Source: Candidatus Altimarinota bacterium
Lineage (GTDB): Bacteria; Patescibacteriota; Gracilibacteria; UBA1369
Direction: 5' to 3'
Assembly (NCBI GenBank): GCA_041659405.1
Contig: JBAZYK010000014.1
Span: 1,165-33,164, forward strand
Length of the DNA stretch: 32,000 nt
Positions within the stretch are counted from its first letter, which is position 1; each line of letters opens with the position of its first letter. Of the stretch, positions 1 to 7,191 are shown piece by piece. The notes below the pieces were generated by a model that searched no databases, had not been told where the DNA came from, and saw only the letters and a list, made by a program, of their open reading frames with translations. Both the position numbers and the translations under genes were made by a program.

Positions 1-30
1 TATAAACATCACAGTCCTATTCTAAAAAAC

Positions 31-252
31 ATGAAAAAGAATAGCGACATACTTAAAAAATTCGGGCAGAGGATTAAGAAACTCCGACTAGAGAATGGCA
101 TCACATCTCAAATGGCTTTGGCTTTAAAAACGGGGATGGATCGCACTTATATTGGAGGTATTGAACGAGGCGAACGAAATGTCGCACTAATAAACATAGA
201 AAAACTAGCAAAAGCTTTTGGCATCAGTATGGATGAGCTGTTTAAGTTCTAA
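31..252 (+). CDS. XRE/Cro-C1 family helix-turn-helix transcriptional regulator
   Basis: 73-aa ORF with a typical HTH_3 signature: ITSQMALALKTGMDRTYIGGIERGERNVALINIEKLAKAFGISMDELF. Confidence 0.85.
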   Translation: MKKNSDILKKFGQRIKKLRLENGITSQMALALKTGMDRTYIGGIERGERNVALINIEKLAKAFGISMDELFKF

Positions 253-293
253 TCCCGGTCGCGCTAAAAGTCGCATACGACAGATTTTATTCA

Positions 294-322
294 TTTACAT
301 AAATTATCGAAATAGTTATAAT
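294..322 (+). promoter_or_regulatory. Sigma70-like promoter for the hicB-like/hicA-like pair
   Basis: TTTACA (294-299), 17-nt spacer, TATAAT (317-322). The -10 ends only 9 nt before the ATG at 332, implying a nearly leaderless mRNA. Confidence 0.5.
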
Positions 323-331
323 CCAACCACT

Positions 332-625
332 ATGAAAATTATCCAATCTGTAAAAATAGGATTGCAAGTCACAGTTATCAAACAGGGCAAGCAATTTGTT
401 GCTTATGCTCCTGCTTTAGACATATCCACTTCCGGCAAGACCTTAAAAGAAGCACAAAAACGATTCTCGGAGCTCGTTAACATTTTTATTGATGAACTTA
501 TTGAAAAAAACACATTGGAGGAAGTTTTTACCGGGCTTGGATGGAGCAAAGTAAAAAAACAATGGGAACCTCCTGAAATAGTATCCCAAAAATCAGTAGA
601 TATTCGCTTACCAGTAGCCGCATAA
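332..625 (+). CDS. hicB: HicB-like (UPF0150-type) antitoxin, no DNA-binding domain
   Basis: Internal ATG at 332 chosen because the track ORF from 218 starts inside the XRE gene in another frame. 97 aa with a HicB N-terminal-domain-like pattern, FVAYAPALDISTSGKTLKEAQKRFSELVNIFIDEL. Its stop lies 1 nt before the next ATG. No RHH or HTH tail. Confidence 0.65.
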   Translation: MKIIQSVKIGLQVTVIKQGKQFVAYAPALDISTSGKTLKEAQKRFSELVNIFIDELIEKNTLEEVFTGLGWSKVKKQWEPPEIVSQKSVDIRLPVAA

Positions 626-626
626 T

Positions 627-857
627 ATGGGTCAACTTGGTTCAATTCATTGGAAAAAATTCGAAAAATTTCTTTTTAAAATAGGCTGTGAATTCAAAAG
701 AGAAAAAGGGGACCACAGAATATACTGGAAAACAGGCTTAAATCGTCCCATTGTAATCCCAAGAGATAGAATTTTGCCTCCTTTTATAATAATGAACAAC
801 CTAAGAGTTCTTGGTATATCCAAGGATGATTTCATGAAAATTATTTCAGAATTGTAG
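627..857 (+). CDS. hicA: HicA/YcfA-family mRNA interferase toxin
   Basis: 76 aa with the YcfA/HicA pattern WKKFEKFLFKIGCEFKREKGDHRIYWK...PIVIPRDRILPPFIIMNNLRVLGISKDDF, including the conserved His. Tightly coupled to the upstream HicB-like ORF. Confidence 0.7.
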   Translation: MGQLGSIHWKKFEKFLFKIGCEFKREKGDHRIYWKTGLNRPIVIPRDRILPPFIIMNNLRVLGISKDDFMKIISEL

Positions 858-1055
858 TAAACTAAGGCGCAATTACTTTATTAGAGAATTCTGCAAGCTG
901 CTCTGGCGCAGACGTGACTTGATCACCTTCCAGTCTATTCAACAGTGCTGCACAAACTATCGTTGCTGGAATGCCCGCCCTTAAACAAAAAGCCGCAAAC
1001 GCATTTGACAAATCAACAATAAATACCTACAATACCACCTATTCATAAAATTTCC

Positions 1056-1768
1056 ATGTCAGAACGAAAGCAATACAAAGGTTACGATTTACATATAGCT
1101 GATGAGCCACGGAGAGACATGCCCGAGTTCTTGCGTGAACATGGTTTGATGCAACGTGCACAATTAACTCCTTTAAGTACTCCCGCAAATATTGAAGAGG
1201 AATTGGCAGGAATAAGAGCCCAAAAGATTCAAACAGCTTCATCTATTTTTGAAAAGAATCGAGTTCCGGTCAGAGGCGCATTAAGAGCTATTGTAGGCTA
1301 TGCGTTTGATGAATTTAATCTTCCCAAATCCGGTGGGGTTGATATTGGCTCCGGAGCAACCGGCGAAATGGTTGAAGAATTATTACCACGAAGCGTTACA
1401 CAAAGTTCCTGGGTTCAACTGGAAGCCAATCCGTCAGCAGTTAAAGAAAATCAACGAAGACATCCAAATTCCAGAATTGTAGAAGGTTCATACCTGAATA
1501 TGGGCGTAAGTGGCTTGGATATTGTAACTAGAACGCCGTTAGCGTGGGTGAACTTTTCCGTAGAAATTTAGGAAGAACCATTGAAAATAATTCCGGCATG
1601 GAGCTGTTATTTAATCAGTGGGTTACCGCCCGCAAGCCGATTGATGGACCTCCCGCTCTTTGGTACTTTATGAATATTCTTTTAAGAGCGGAGTATTTTC
1701 CACCGGAAACAGAGCAGGTGGAAGAAGTCTCGGCTGTGGTTACGGTTGCAAGGAAGAGGGCTGCTTAA
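1056..1768 (+). pseudogene. Class I SAM-dependent methyltransferase-like gene with disrupted reading frame
   Basis: ORF 1056..1571 carries Rossmann methyltransferase motifs (GVDIGSGATGEMV, acidic QLEANP, IVEGSY, GLDIVT) and then stops. A second frame is open from 1532 (GTG at 1544) to 1768 and supplies a plausible C-terminal part. The two frames overlap at 1532-1571. The region is visibly more G+C-rich than its neighbours. Confidence 0.4.
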
Positions 1769-1819
1769 AAAATGTATTTATTTCAAAAAAGTCTTTTTGC
1801 TTAAGATAAGCTAATAATA

Positions 1820-1858
1820 TTGCTTTTAAAAGTACTTGTATATTATAATGCACAAGTA
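1820..1858 (+). promoter_or_regulatory. Promoter with an inverted repeat over the -10 box, upstream of the AAA ATPase gene
   Basis: TTGCTT (1820-1825), 18-nt spacer, TATAAT (1844-1849). A 7-bp inverted repeat, TACTTGT (1833-1839) and ACAAGTA (1852-1858), brackets the -10 box. Confidence 0.4.
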
Positions 1859-1881
1859 AATGCCCTTTAATGTATATTTAA

Positions 1882-3327
1882 ATGAACAAGAAAGAAGAAA
1901 TCCTGTTTTTCCTCCAGAATCAGATCCAAACCAACGCTGAAAGGTTGAAAAACTATACAGAAGACTCAAGTGGTAAAGAATACCCAAGACGACATGCTTT
2001 CATAAAATTACAGAAATATGTGAGTGAATTTATGAAAGGAAATAAAGATCAAAGATGGGTCATCATTCCAGGTCTTCGTGGTGTAGGTAAAACAACACTA
2101 TTATCTCAAATATACTTTAACTGCCTTGAAACCTATAAAGAACTTACGCCTCAAAATGTTTTGTATATTTCAGTTGATGATATTAAAACCAAGCTCGATG
2201 TAACACTGGACGAGGTTTTAACAGTTTATTTTGAGATTTTAAGAACCAGAATCGAAGAACTAAAGCATCCAGTAATCCTTTTTCTTGATGAAGTTCAATA
2301 TGATTCAGAGTGGGCTAAAGTTTTAAAAATTGCCTGGGATAAGACTAAAAATCTTTTTATATTTTGCAGTGGCTCTTCAGCAATTTCTCTACAGACAAAT
2401 CCAGATGCAGCAAGACGGTCTGTGGTTGAGAAGGTATATCCTGTGAGCTTTGGAGAATTTTTAATGATCAAATATGGTATTTTGCCGGAGAAATCTCTTA
2501 AGAAAGAATTAAAGAGCGCAATATATTCATCTGCCAATGCTGAAGATGTATTTAAAAAATTAAAGCAAATTGAAAGTAAGACCTCGCTTGCTTGGACAAA
2601 GGCTCCAAGGTACGCTCAAATTGAATATCTCGAAACAGGTTCATTGCCTTTCGCAATCAATGCCCCGAATAAAGAAAAAATTTATGATGTTATTGATCAA
2701 CTCTTAGATAAAATTATCAGCAAAGACATACAGTCTCTTGGTAAATTCGATTCAGATACACTTGGCATAATAAAGAGAATGCTTTTGATTGTTGCCGAAT
2801 CAGACACCATTAGTTACAGCACTCTGGAAAGATTGCTTCCAATCAAGCGTATTACAATTATGAATGTCTTTGATGTACTGGAAAAGGCCGAGTTGATTAT
2901 CAAAGTTCCCGCCTATGGCTCCAGCACAACAGTGGCTAAAAAACCAGCAAAATACCTCTTTATGTCTCCTGCAATAAGACAAGCATTGATGAGTATCACA
3001 GGTCTTCCAGAAACCCAAAGAACAAGAGAAGGAAAGTTGATTGAAGATGTTGTTGGTATGCATCTGTACAGAGAATTTTTAACCCCAGCAATAGGCGTCT
3101 TAACTTACGACAATGCTCAAGCTGGCGCTGATTTTATTTTACAAATAGCTAATCAAAGACAAATAGCTATAGAGATTGGCAGAGGTAAAAAGGGCTGTAA
3201 ACAGGTCTTAAATACAATGCAAAAAGTAAAATGCGACTACGGTTTATCTTTTGGAAAGAATGAACTTACCTTACACAAAGACGATAATATAGTTCAAATT
3301 CCTTCATATTATTTTCTTTTAATGTAA
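1882..3327 (+). CDS. AAA+ ATPase of the AAA_14/DUF4143 family (COG1373-like)
   Basis: 481 aa. Walker A GLRGVGKTTLLSQ, Walker B ILFLDEVQ. The C-terminal region ends in a restriction-endonuclease-like strand pattern, GADFILQIANQRQIAIEIGRGKKG, typical of DUF4143. Confidence 0.8.
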   Translation: MNKKEEILFFLQNQIQTNAERLKNYTEDSSGKEYPRRHAFIKLQKYVSEFMKGNKDQRWVIIPGLRGVGKTTLLSQIYFNCLETYKELTPQNVLYISVDDIKTKLDVTLDEVLTVYFEILRTRIEELKHPVILFLDEVQYDSEWAKVLKIAWDKTKNLFIFCSGSSAISLQTNPDAARRSVVEKVYPVSFGEFLMIKYGILPEKSLKKELKSAIYSSANAEDVFKKLKQIESKTSLAWTKAPRYAQIEYLETGSLPFAINAPNKEKIYDVIDQLLDKIISKDIQSLGKFDSDTLGIIKRMLLIVAESDTISYSTLERLLPIKRITIMNVFDVLEKAELIIKVPAYGSSTTVAKKPAKYLFMSPAIRQALMSITGLPETQRTREGKLIEDVVGMHLYREFLTPAIGVLTYDNAQAGADFILQIANQRQIAIEIGRGKKGCKQVLNTMQKVKCDYGLSFGKNELTLHKDDNIVQIPSYYFLLM

Positions 3328-3470
3328 GCAAGGAATAATCGCAAAACCTTGCGTGTAAAAAAGTGATGTTTTCCTTATATTCAATGACCCTCGGGTAAAG
3401 CCCCAGGGTCGCTGGCTGCCACTTTTAGGCATATGCGACATTGAAATTTTGGCAGAGGAATAACATCTTT

Positions 3471-3545
3471 TGGTTGCGGGGGATGGATTCGAACCACCGA
3501 CCTCCGGGTTATGAGCCCGACGAGCTGCCACTGCTCTACCCCGCG
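3471..3545 (-). tRNA. Initiator tRNA-fMet (anticodon CAT), CCA encoded
   Basis: The reverse complement reads CGCGGGGTAGAGCAGTGGCAGCTCGTCGGGCTCATAACCCGGAGGTCGGTGGTTCGAATCCATCCCCCGCAACCA. It forms a cloverleaf with a C1xA72 mismatch and three G-C pairs (GGG/CCC) closing the anticodon stem, both initiator hallmarks. The acceptor ends are identical to E. coli tRNA-fMet. Confidence 0.93.
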
Positions 3546-3588
3546 TCGCAATAAATTCCTAACTTAATTCCGCTCTACACTACGTTCT

Positions 3589-3996
3589 TTAGGCGTGAAT
3601 GTCAAAGAAAAATTTCCACCACTTTTGCGGATTACTCAAGGATCTAACCGCTAAATCACTGGTGTTGGTTCCATTATTTTGATCCGCGCCATTAACCGGT
3701 AAATCGGAGGAGGGGATCACAATTACCTGTTCCCCCGGCTTCACCAAGCCCAAATTCTGCTTGGCGATTTTTTCCACGTAAGCATTGGAACTATAATAAC
3801 CATAATCGAGCTCCTTTTGCTTATTATCCAGAGCGATTTTCTCGTTATCACTCATGAAAGTTGCGATGTGCTGGTCGATCTGATAGCTCTTATAAACCGA
3901 CACCGTTAACGTATAAAGCAAATAAGAAACTACCAAAAATTCAACAATTATAACCATTTTTGTGACTTTTGAGGTATGATTAAGGTTGAAAGCCAT
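3589..3996 (-). CDS. FtsB/DivIC-like septum formation initiator (single-pass membrane protein)
   Basis: A TM helix (VIIVEFLVVSYLLYTLTV) is followed by a coiled-coil segment and the family-typical YVEKIAKQNLGLVKPGEQVIVI. Start placed at ATG 3996 (MAFNL); ATG 3957 is an alternative. The track start at 4047 would overlap murC. Confidence 0.6.
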   Translation of the reverse strand: MAFNLNHTSKVTKMVIIVEFLVVSYLLYTLTVSVYKSYQIDQHIATFMSDNEKIALDNKQKELDYGYYSSNAYVEKIAKQNLGLVKPGEQVIVIPSSDLPVNGADQNNGTNTSDLAVRSLSNPQKWWKFFFDIHA

Positions 3997-3998
3997 AG

Positions 3999-5420
3999 TT
4001 GAAAAAAATGCTAAAAAAAATATACTATAAAGGCTTAAATATCGCAAATCGCATGATCAACGAATTACAATCGGCAAAAAACATCCATTTTATTGGAATT
4101 GGCGGCAGCGGCATGAGCGGTTTAGCCCGAATTTTAAATATTATCGGCAAAAAAATCAGCGGATCCGACCAAAACGTAAGCAATACTTTTCTTGCATTAA
4201 AAAGCGAAAATCTAAAAATTCACGCCGGGCACAAAGCGCAAAACATTCCGGCAAAAACCGATTTGGTTGTATATTCCGCGGCAGTTCCCAAAAAAAATCC
4301 GGAATTGCTGGAAGCACAAAAACGCAAGTTGCCTTGCTTAACTTATCCGCAGGCAGTTGGCCTTTTAACGCAGCATTATCAAACAATCAGCATTTGCGGG
4401 ACTCATGGGAAAACCACTGTAACGGCCATGACAGCCTTAAGTTTTGCAGCTGCCAAACAGGATCCAACCGTAATTGTGGGCGCGACTTTAAAGGAATTTA
4501 ATCACAAAAATGAAAGGTTTGGCAAAAGCGAATATTTTATTTTGGAAAGTTGCGAATATCGCCGGGGCTTTTTGAATTATCATCCAAAGGTGATCGTAAT
4601 AACCAACATTGAACCTGATCATCTGGATTACTACAAAAATTTGCAGGATTACCGCAGTGCCTTTCAGGAATTTTGCGAAAAATTACCCAAAGATGGCTTG
4701 ATCATCTGTAATTCCGACGATGAAAACATTAACTATGTTATGGGAAAAATCAAAAATCATCCTAAAATTATAACTTTCGGCACAAATAAAAAGGCGGATT
4801 ATCAAATCAAATCCAATAAAATTTATCACAATAAAAAACTTCTGGGTTCATTGGACTTAAAAATTCCCGGCCAACACAATTTAATGAACGCCGCAGCAGC
4901 AATAGCCTTAACTCATCATTTAAAATTTGATTTAGGTAAGATTTTCCAGGCTTTAAATAATTATCACGGAGCATCACGCCGTTTTGAGGTTAAAGGCAAA
5001 ATCGGCAAAACCGTTTTTATTGATGATTACGGCCACCATCCAACCGAAATTAAAGCCACACTCAAAGCCGCGCGTGAAAAATTCGGCAAAAAAAAGATTC
5101 TCTGTATTTTTCAGCCGCACCAATATAGCCGGACCTACAAGCTATTAAACGGCTTTGCTGATTCTTTTAATGACGTCGATGAAGTGATTATCCCAAATAT
5201 TTTAAACGTTCGTGATTCCGCAGCCGACCTCAAGAAAATCAATGAACAAATTCTCGTCCAAAAAATTGCCAAATTTCAGCCAAACGTTTCTTATGGCAAA
5301 GGATTGGAAAACACGACAAAAATAGTCCAGAAAAAACTTAAGGACTACGACGTCATCATCACCATGGGGGCAGGGGACGTGTACAAACTCGCCGACAATC
5401 TTCTGAAAAAGCACCAGTAA
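3999..5420 (+). CDS. murC: UDP-N-acetylmuramate--L-alanine ligase
   Basis: IHFIGIGGSGMSGLA N-terminal Rossmann motif, P-loop ICGTHGKTTVTAM, and DDYGHHPTEI. The track start at 3999 is TTG; ATG alternatives are at 4008 and 4053 (MINELQSAKNIHFIG), and the last gives a typical MurC N-terminus. Confidence 0.93.
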   Translation: MKKMLKKIYYKGLNIANRMINELQSAKNIHFIGIGGSGMSGLARILNIIGKKISGSDQNVSNTFLALKSENLKIHAGHKAQNIPAKTDLVVYSAAVPKKNPELLEAQKRKLPCLTYPQAVGLLTQHYQTISICGTHGKTTVTAMTALSFAAAKQDPTVIVGATLKEFNHKNERFGKSEYFILESCEYRRGFLNYHPKVIVITNIEPDHLDYYKNLQDYRSAFQEFCEKLPKDGLIICNSDDENINYVMGKIKNHPKIITFGTNKKADYQIKSNKIYHNKKLLGSLDLKIPGQHNLMNAAAAIALTHHLKFDLGKIFQALNNYHGASRRFEVKGKIGKTVFIDDYGHHPTEIKATLKAAREKFGKKKILCIFQPHQYSRTYKLLNGFADSFNDVDEVIIPNILNVRDSAADLKKINEQILVQKIAKFQPNVSYGKGLENTTKIVQKKLKDYDVIITMGAGDVYKLADNLLKKHQ

Positions 5421-5457
5421 TTGCGGCGCTTGCCAGCAAACCTCCCGGCAGACCCAC

Positions 5458-6852
5458 CTAAACCTTTTTCCAGGTCGTCCCTTCCGGCGTATCTTCAAGC
5501 TGAACACCCATTTTTAAAAGTTCATCACGAATTTGATCGGAAGTTTTGAAGTCTTTCGCTTTTCGCGCAGCATTGCGTTTTTCGATCAAATCAGCCACAG
5601 CTTGATTAATCGTCATCGCTTCTTTTGGCTCCAGGACTCCTAAAACCGCGTCCAATTTCATCATAAAATCAATCACGTTTTTCTGACCAGCCGCCGAAAT
5701 TTTCTTTTCATCCAGCAATTTATTCAACGCCTTCATGCAATCAAACCAGGCAGCCAAACCACCGGAAGTCTCAAAATCATCATCCATTCTTTCTTCAAAA
5801 TTTCTTTTGGAAGTTCCCAAAACCTCATCAATTACCTCATCGGTATCGTTTTGATCCTGAGCAGCCTTATACGCTCTTATTTTTCGTGAAAAATCATGCA
5901 ACCTCATTAAAGTATTTTTGGCCTGATCCAAAATCTCATTACTAAAATCAATCGGAGACCTATAATGCGTCTGCAAAAACAACAACCTAACAGCCTGTGG
6001 ATCATACTTTTCAAAAATATCCCTCAAAGTAAAAAAGTTCCCAAGTGACTTGGACATCTTTTCATTATTGATTTGAATGAAGCCATTATGGAGCCAGTAA
6101 TTCACAAAAGGCGCGCCGTTTGCCGCTTCACTTTGCGCAATTTCACACTCATGATGAGGAAATGTAAGATCCGCGCCACCACCATGAATATCAAAAGTAA
6201 CACCCAGAATTTGTTTACTCATAGCGCTACATTCAATGTGCCAGCCCGGCCTGCCAACACCCCAGGGACTCTCCCAAAAAGGTTCACCCGGTTTGGAAAG
6301 TTTCCACAAAACAAAATCCTGAGGACTTTTTTTTCCTACTTTAACAGCCACTCTTGAACCGGCCTTCAATTTATCCAGCTTTTGCTTTGAGAGCTTTCCA
6401 TAATCCTTGAATTTGGTCACATCAAAATAAACTCCATCATCCAAAAGATAAGTAAATCCTTTCTTTTCCAGATCCTTAATTAGCTCAATCATTTGCGGAA
6501 CATATTCGGTAGCCTTTGGCTGAACATCCGGTTTCATTATTCCCAGAGAGGCATAATCACGATCATATTCCGGAATTATTTGCGCAGCCAACTCCGCCAC
6601 GGTAATTTTTTTCAGCTCCGCGCGTTGAATCAGTTTATCGTCAATATCGGTATAATTGGAGACATAAGTCACTTTATAGCCCTTATAGACAAGATATTTG
6701 CGAATAATATCAAAAGAAACCGCCGACCTTCCATGCCCAAGATGCCCCAGGTCATAAACCGTCGGTCCACAAACATACATACTAACTTTGCCTTCTTGCA
6801 GCGGTTTAAAAGCCTCCTTTTTTGCCGTTAAAGTATTGTGAATATTCAGCAT
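5458..6852 (-). CDS. cysS: Cysteine--tRNA ligase
   Basis: 464 aa. MYVCGPTVYDLGHLGHGRS (HIGH-type motif), KMSKSLGN, and the zinc-binding region WHIECS. Confidence 0.95.
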   Translation of the reverse strand: MLNIHNTLTAKKEAFKPLQEGKVSMYVCGPTVYDLGHLGHGRSAVSFDIIRKYLVYKGYKVTYVSNYTDIDDKLIQRAELKKITVAELAAQIIPEYDRDYASLGIMKPDVQPKATEYVPQMIELIKDLEKKGFTYLLDDGVYFDVTKFKDYGKLSKQKLDKLKAGSRVAVKVGKKSPQDFVLWKLSKPGEPFWESPWGVGRPGWHIECSAMSKQILGVTFDIHGGGADLTFPHHECEIAQSEAANGAPFVNYWLHNGFIQINNEKMSKSLGNFFTLRDIFEKYDPQAVRLLFLQTHYRSPIDFSNEILDQAKNTLMRLHDFSRKIRAYKAAQDQNDTDEVIDEVLGTSKRNFEERMDDDFETSGGLAAWFDCMKALNKLLDEKKISAAGQKNVIDFMMKLDAVLGVLEPKEAMTINQAVADLIEKRNAARKAKDFKTSDQIRDELLKMGVQLEDTPEGTTWKKV

Positions 6853-7115
6853 TATTTCGCACCTAATAAAATAAAAATCAGAGTTTTCAAAAGATCCAAT
6901 GCAAAAATAGCAATAATCGGAGAAAGGTCAATCATCCCCAAATTTGGCGTAATCCTTTTTGCCAAATTCAAAATAGGATCGGTAACATCCTTCAAAATAT
7001 CAATTGCCCGATTTGATTGCATTGGCATCCATGAAAGCAAAACTCTCGCCAAAATTGCAAAACTAAGCAGGTCAAAGAAAATGTTCAAAAAAGTCACAAT
7101 ATAATTAATGTACAT
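6852..7115 (-). CDS. yggT: YggT family membrane protein
   Basis: 87 aa with two hydrophobic helices and the YggT pattern LLSWMP...VTDPILNLAKRITPNLGMIDLSPIIA. Its stop overlaps the cysS start by 1 nt. Confidence 0.8.
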   Translation of the reverse strand: MYINYIVTFLNIFFDLLSFAILARVLLSWMPMQSNRAIDILKDVTDPILNLAKRITPNLGMIDLSPIIAIFALDLLKTLIFILLGAK

Positions 7116-7125
7116 ATATCTGTTT

Positions 7126-7166
7126 AAAAAACATCAGGATTTTATCAGGAAAGTCCCTTAAAATCC
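7126..7166 (-). terminator. Possible intrinsic terminator after the surface-protein gene
   Basis: On the minus strand, GGATTTTA (7137-7144) pairs with TAAAATCC (7159-7166) as an 8-bp stem with a 14-nt loop. A T-run follows 5 nt downstream (A-run 7126-7131 on the plus strand). The stem is AT-rich, so this is weak. Confidence 0.35.
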
Positions 7167-7191
7167 ACCTAATAACCGCCAATATTAAACT

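Noticed and set aside
218-331. N-terminal extension of the HicB-like ORF given in the track (start 218)
   Set aside because: It begins inside the XRE coding region in another frame and runs across the predicted promoter. The conserved HicB-like sequence starts at the ATG at 332.
1300-1482. 60-aa plus-strand ORF overlapping the methyltransferase-like frame, and the 1039..1242 minus-strand ORF
   Set aside because: These are alternative-frame or antisense shadows of the motif-bearing frame and have no recognisable features.
3328-3410. Two hairpins between the ATPase stop and the tRNA (GCAAGG-N13-CCTTGC at 3328-3352; GACCCTcGGG-taaag-CCCcAGGGTC at 3386-3410) as terminators or a small RNA
   Set aside because: Neither is followed by a U-tract on either strand. 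They may still act as bidirectional transcription or processing barriers, but the sequence alone does not support a call.
3319-3531. 70-aa minus-strand ORF (MAARRAHNPEVGGSNPSPA...)
   Set aside because: It is read straight through the tRNA-fMet gene. The GGSNPSPA-type peptide is the usual artefact of translating a tRNA T-arm and acceptor region.
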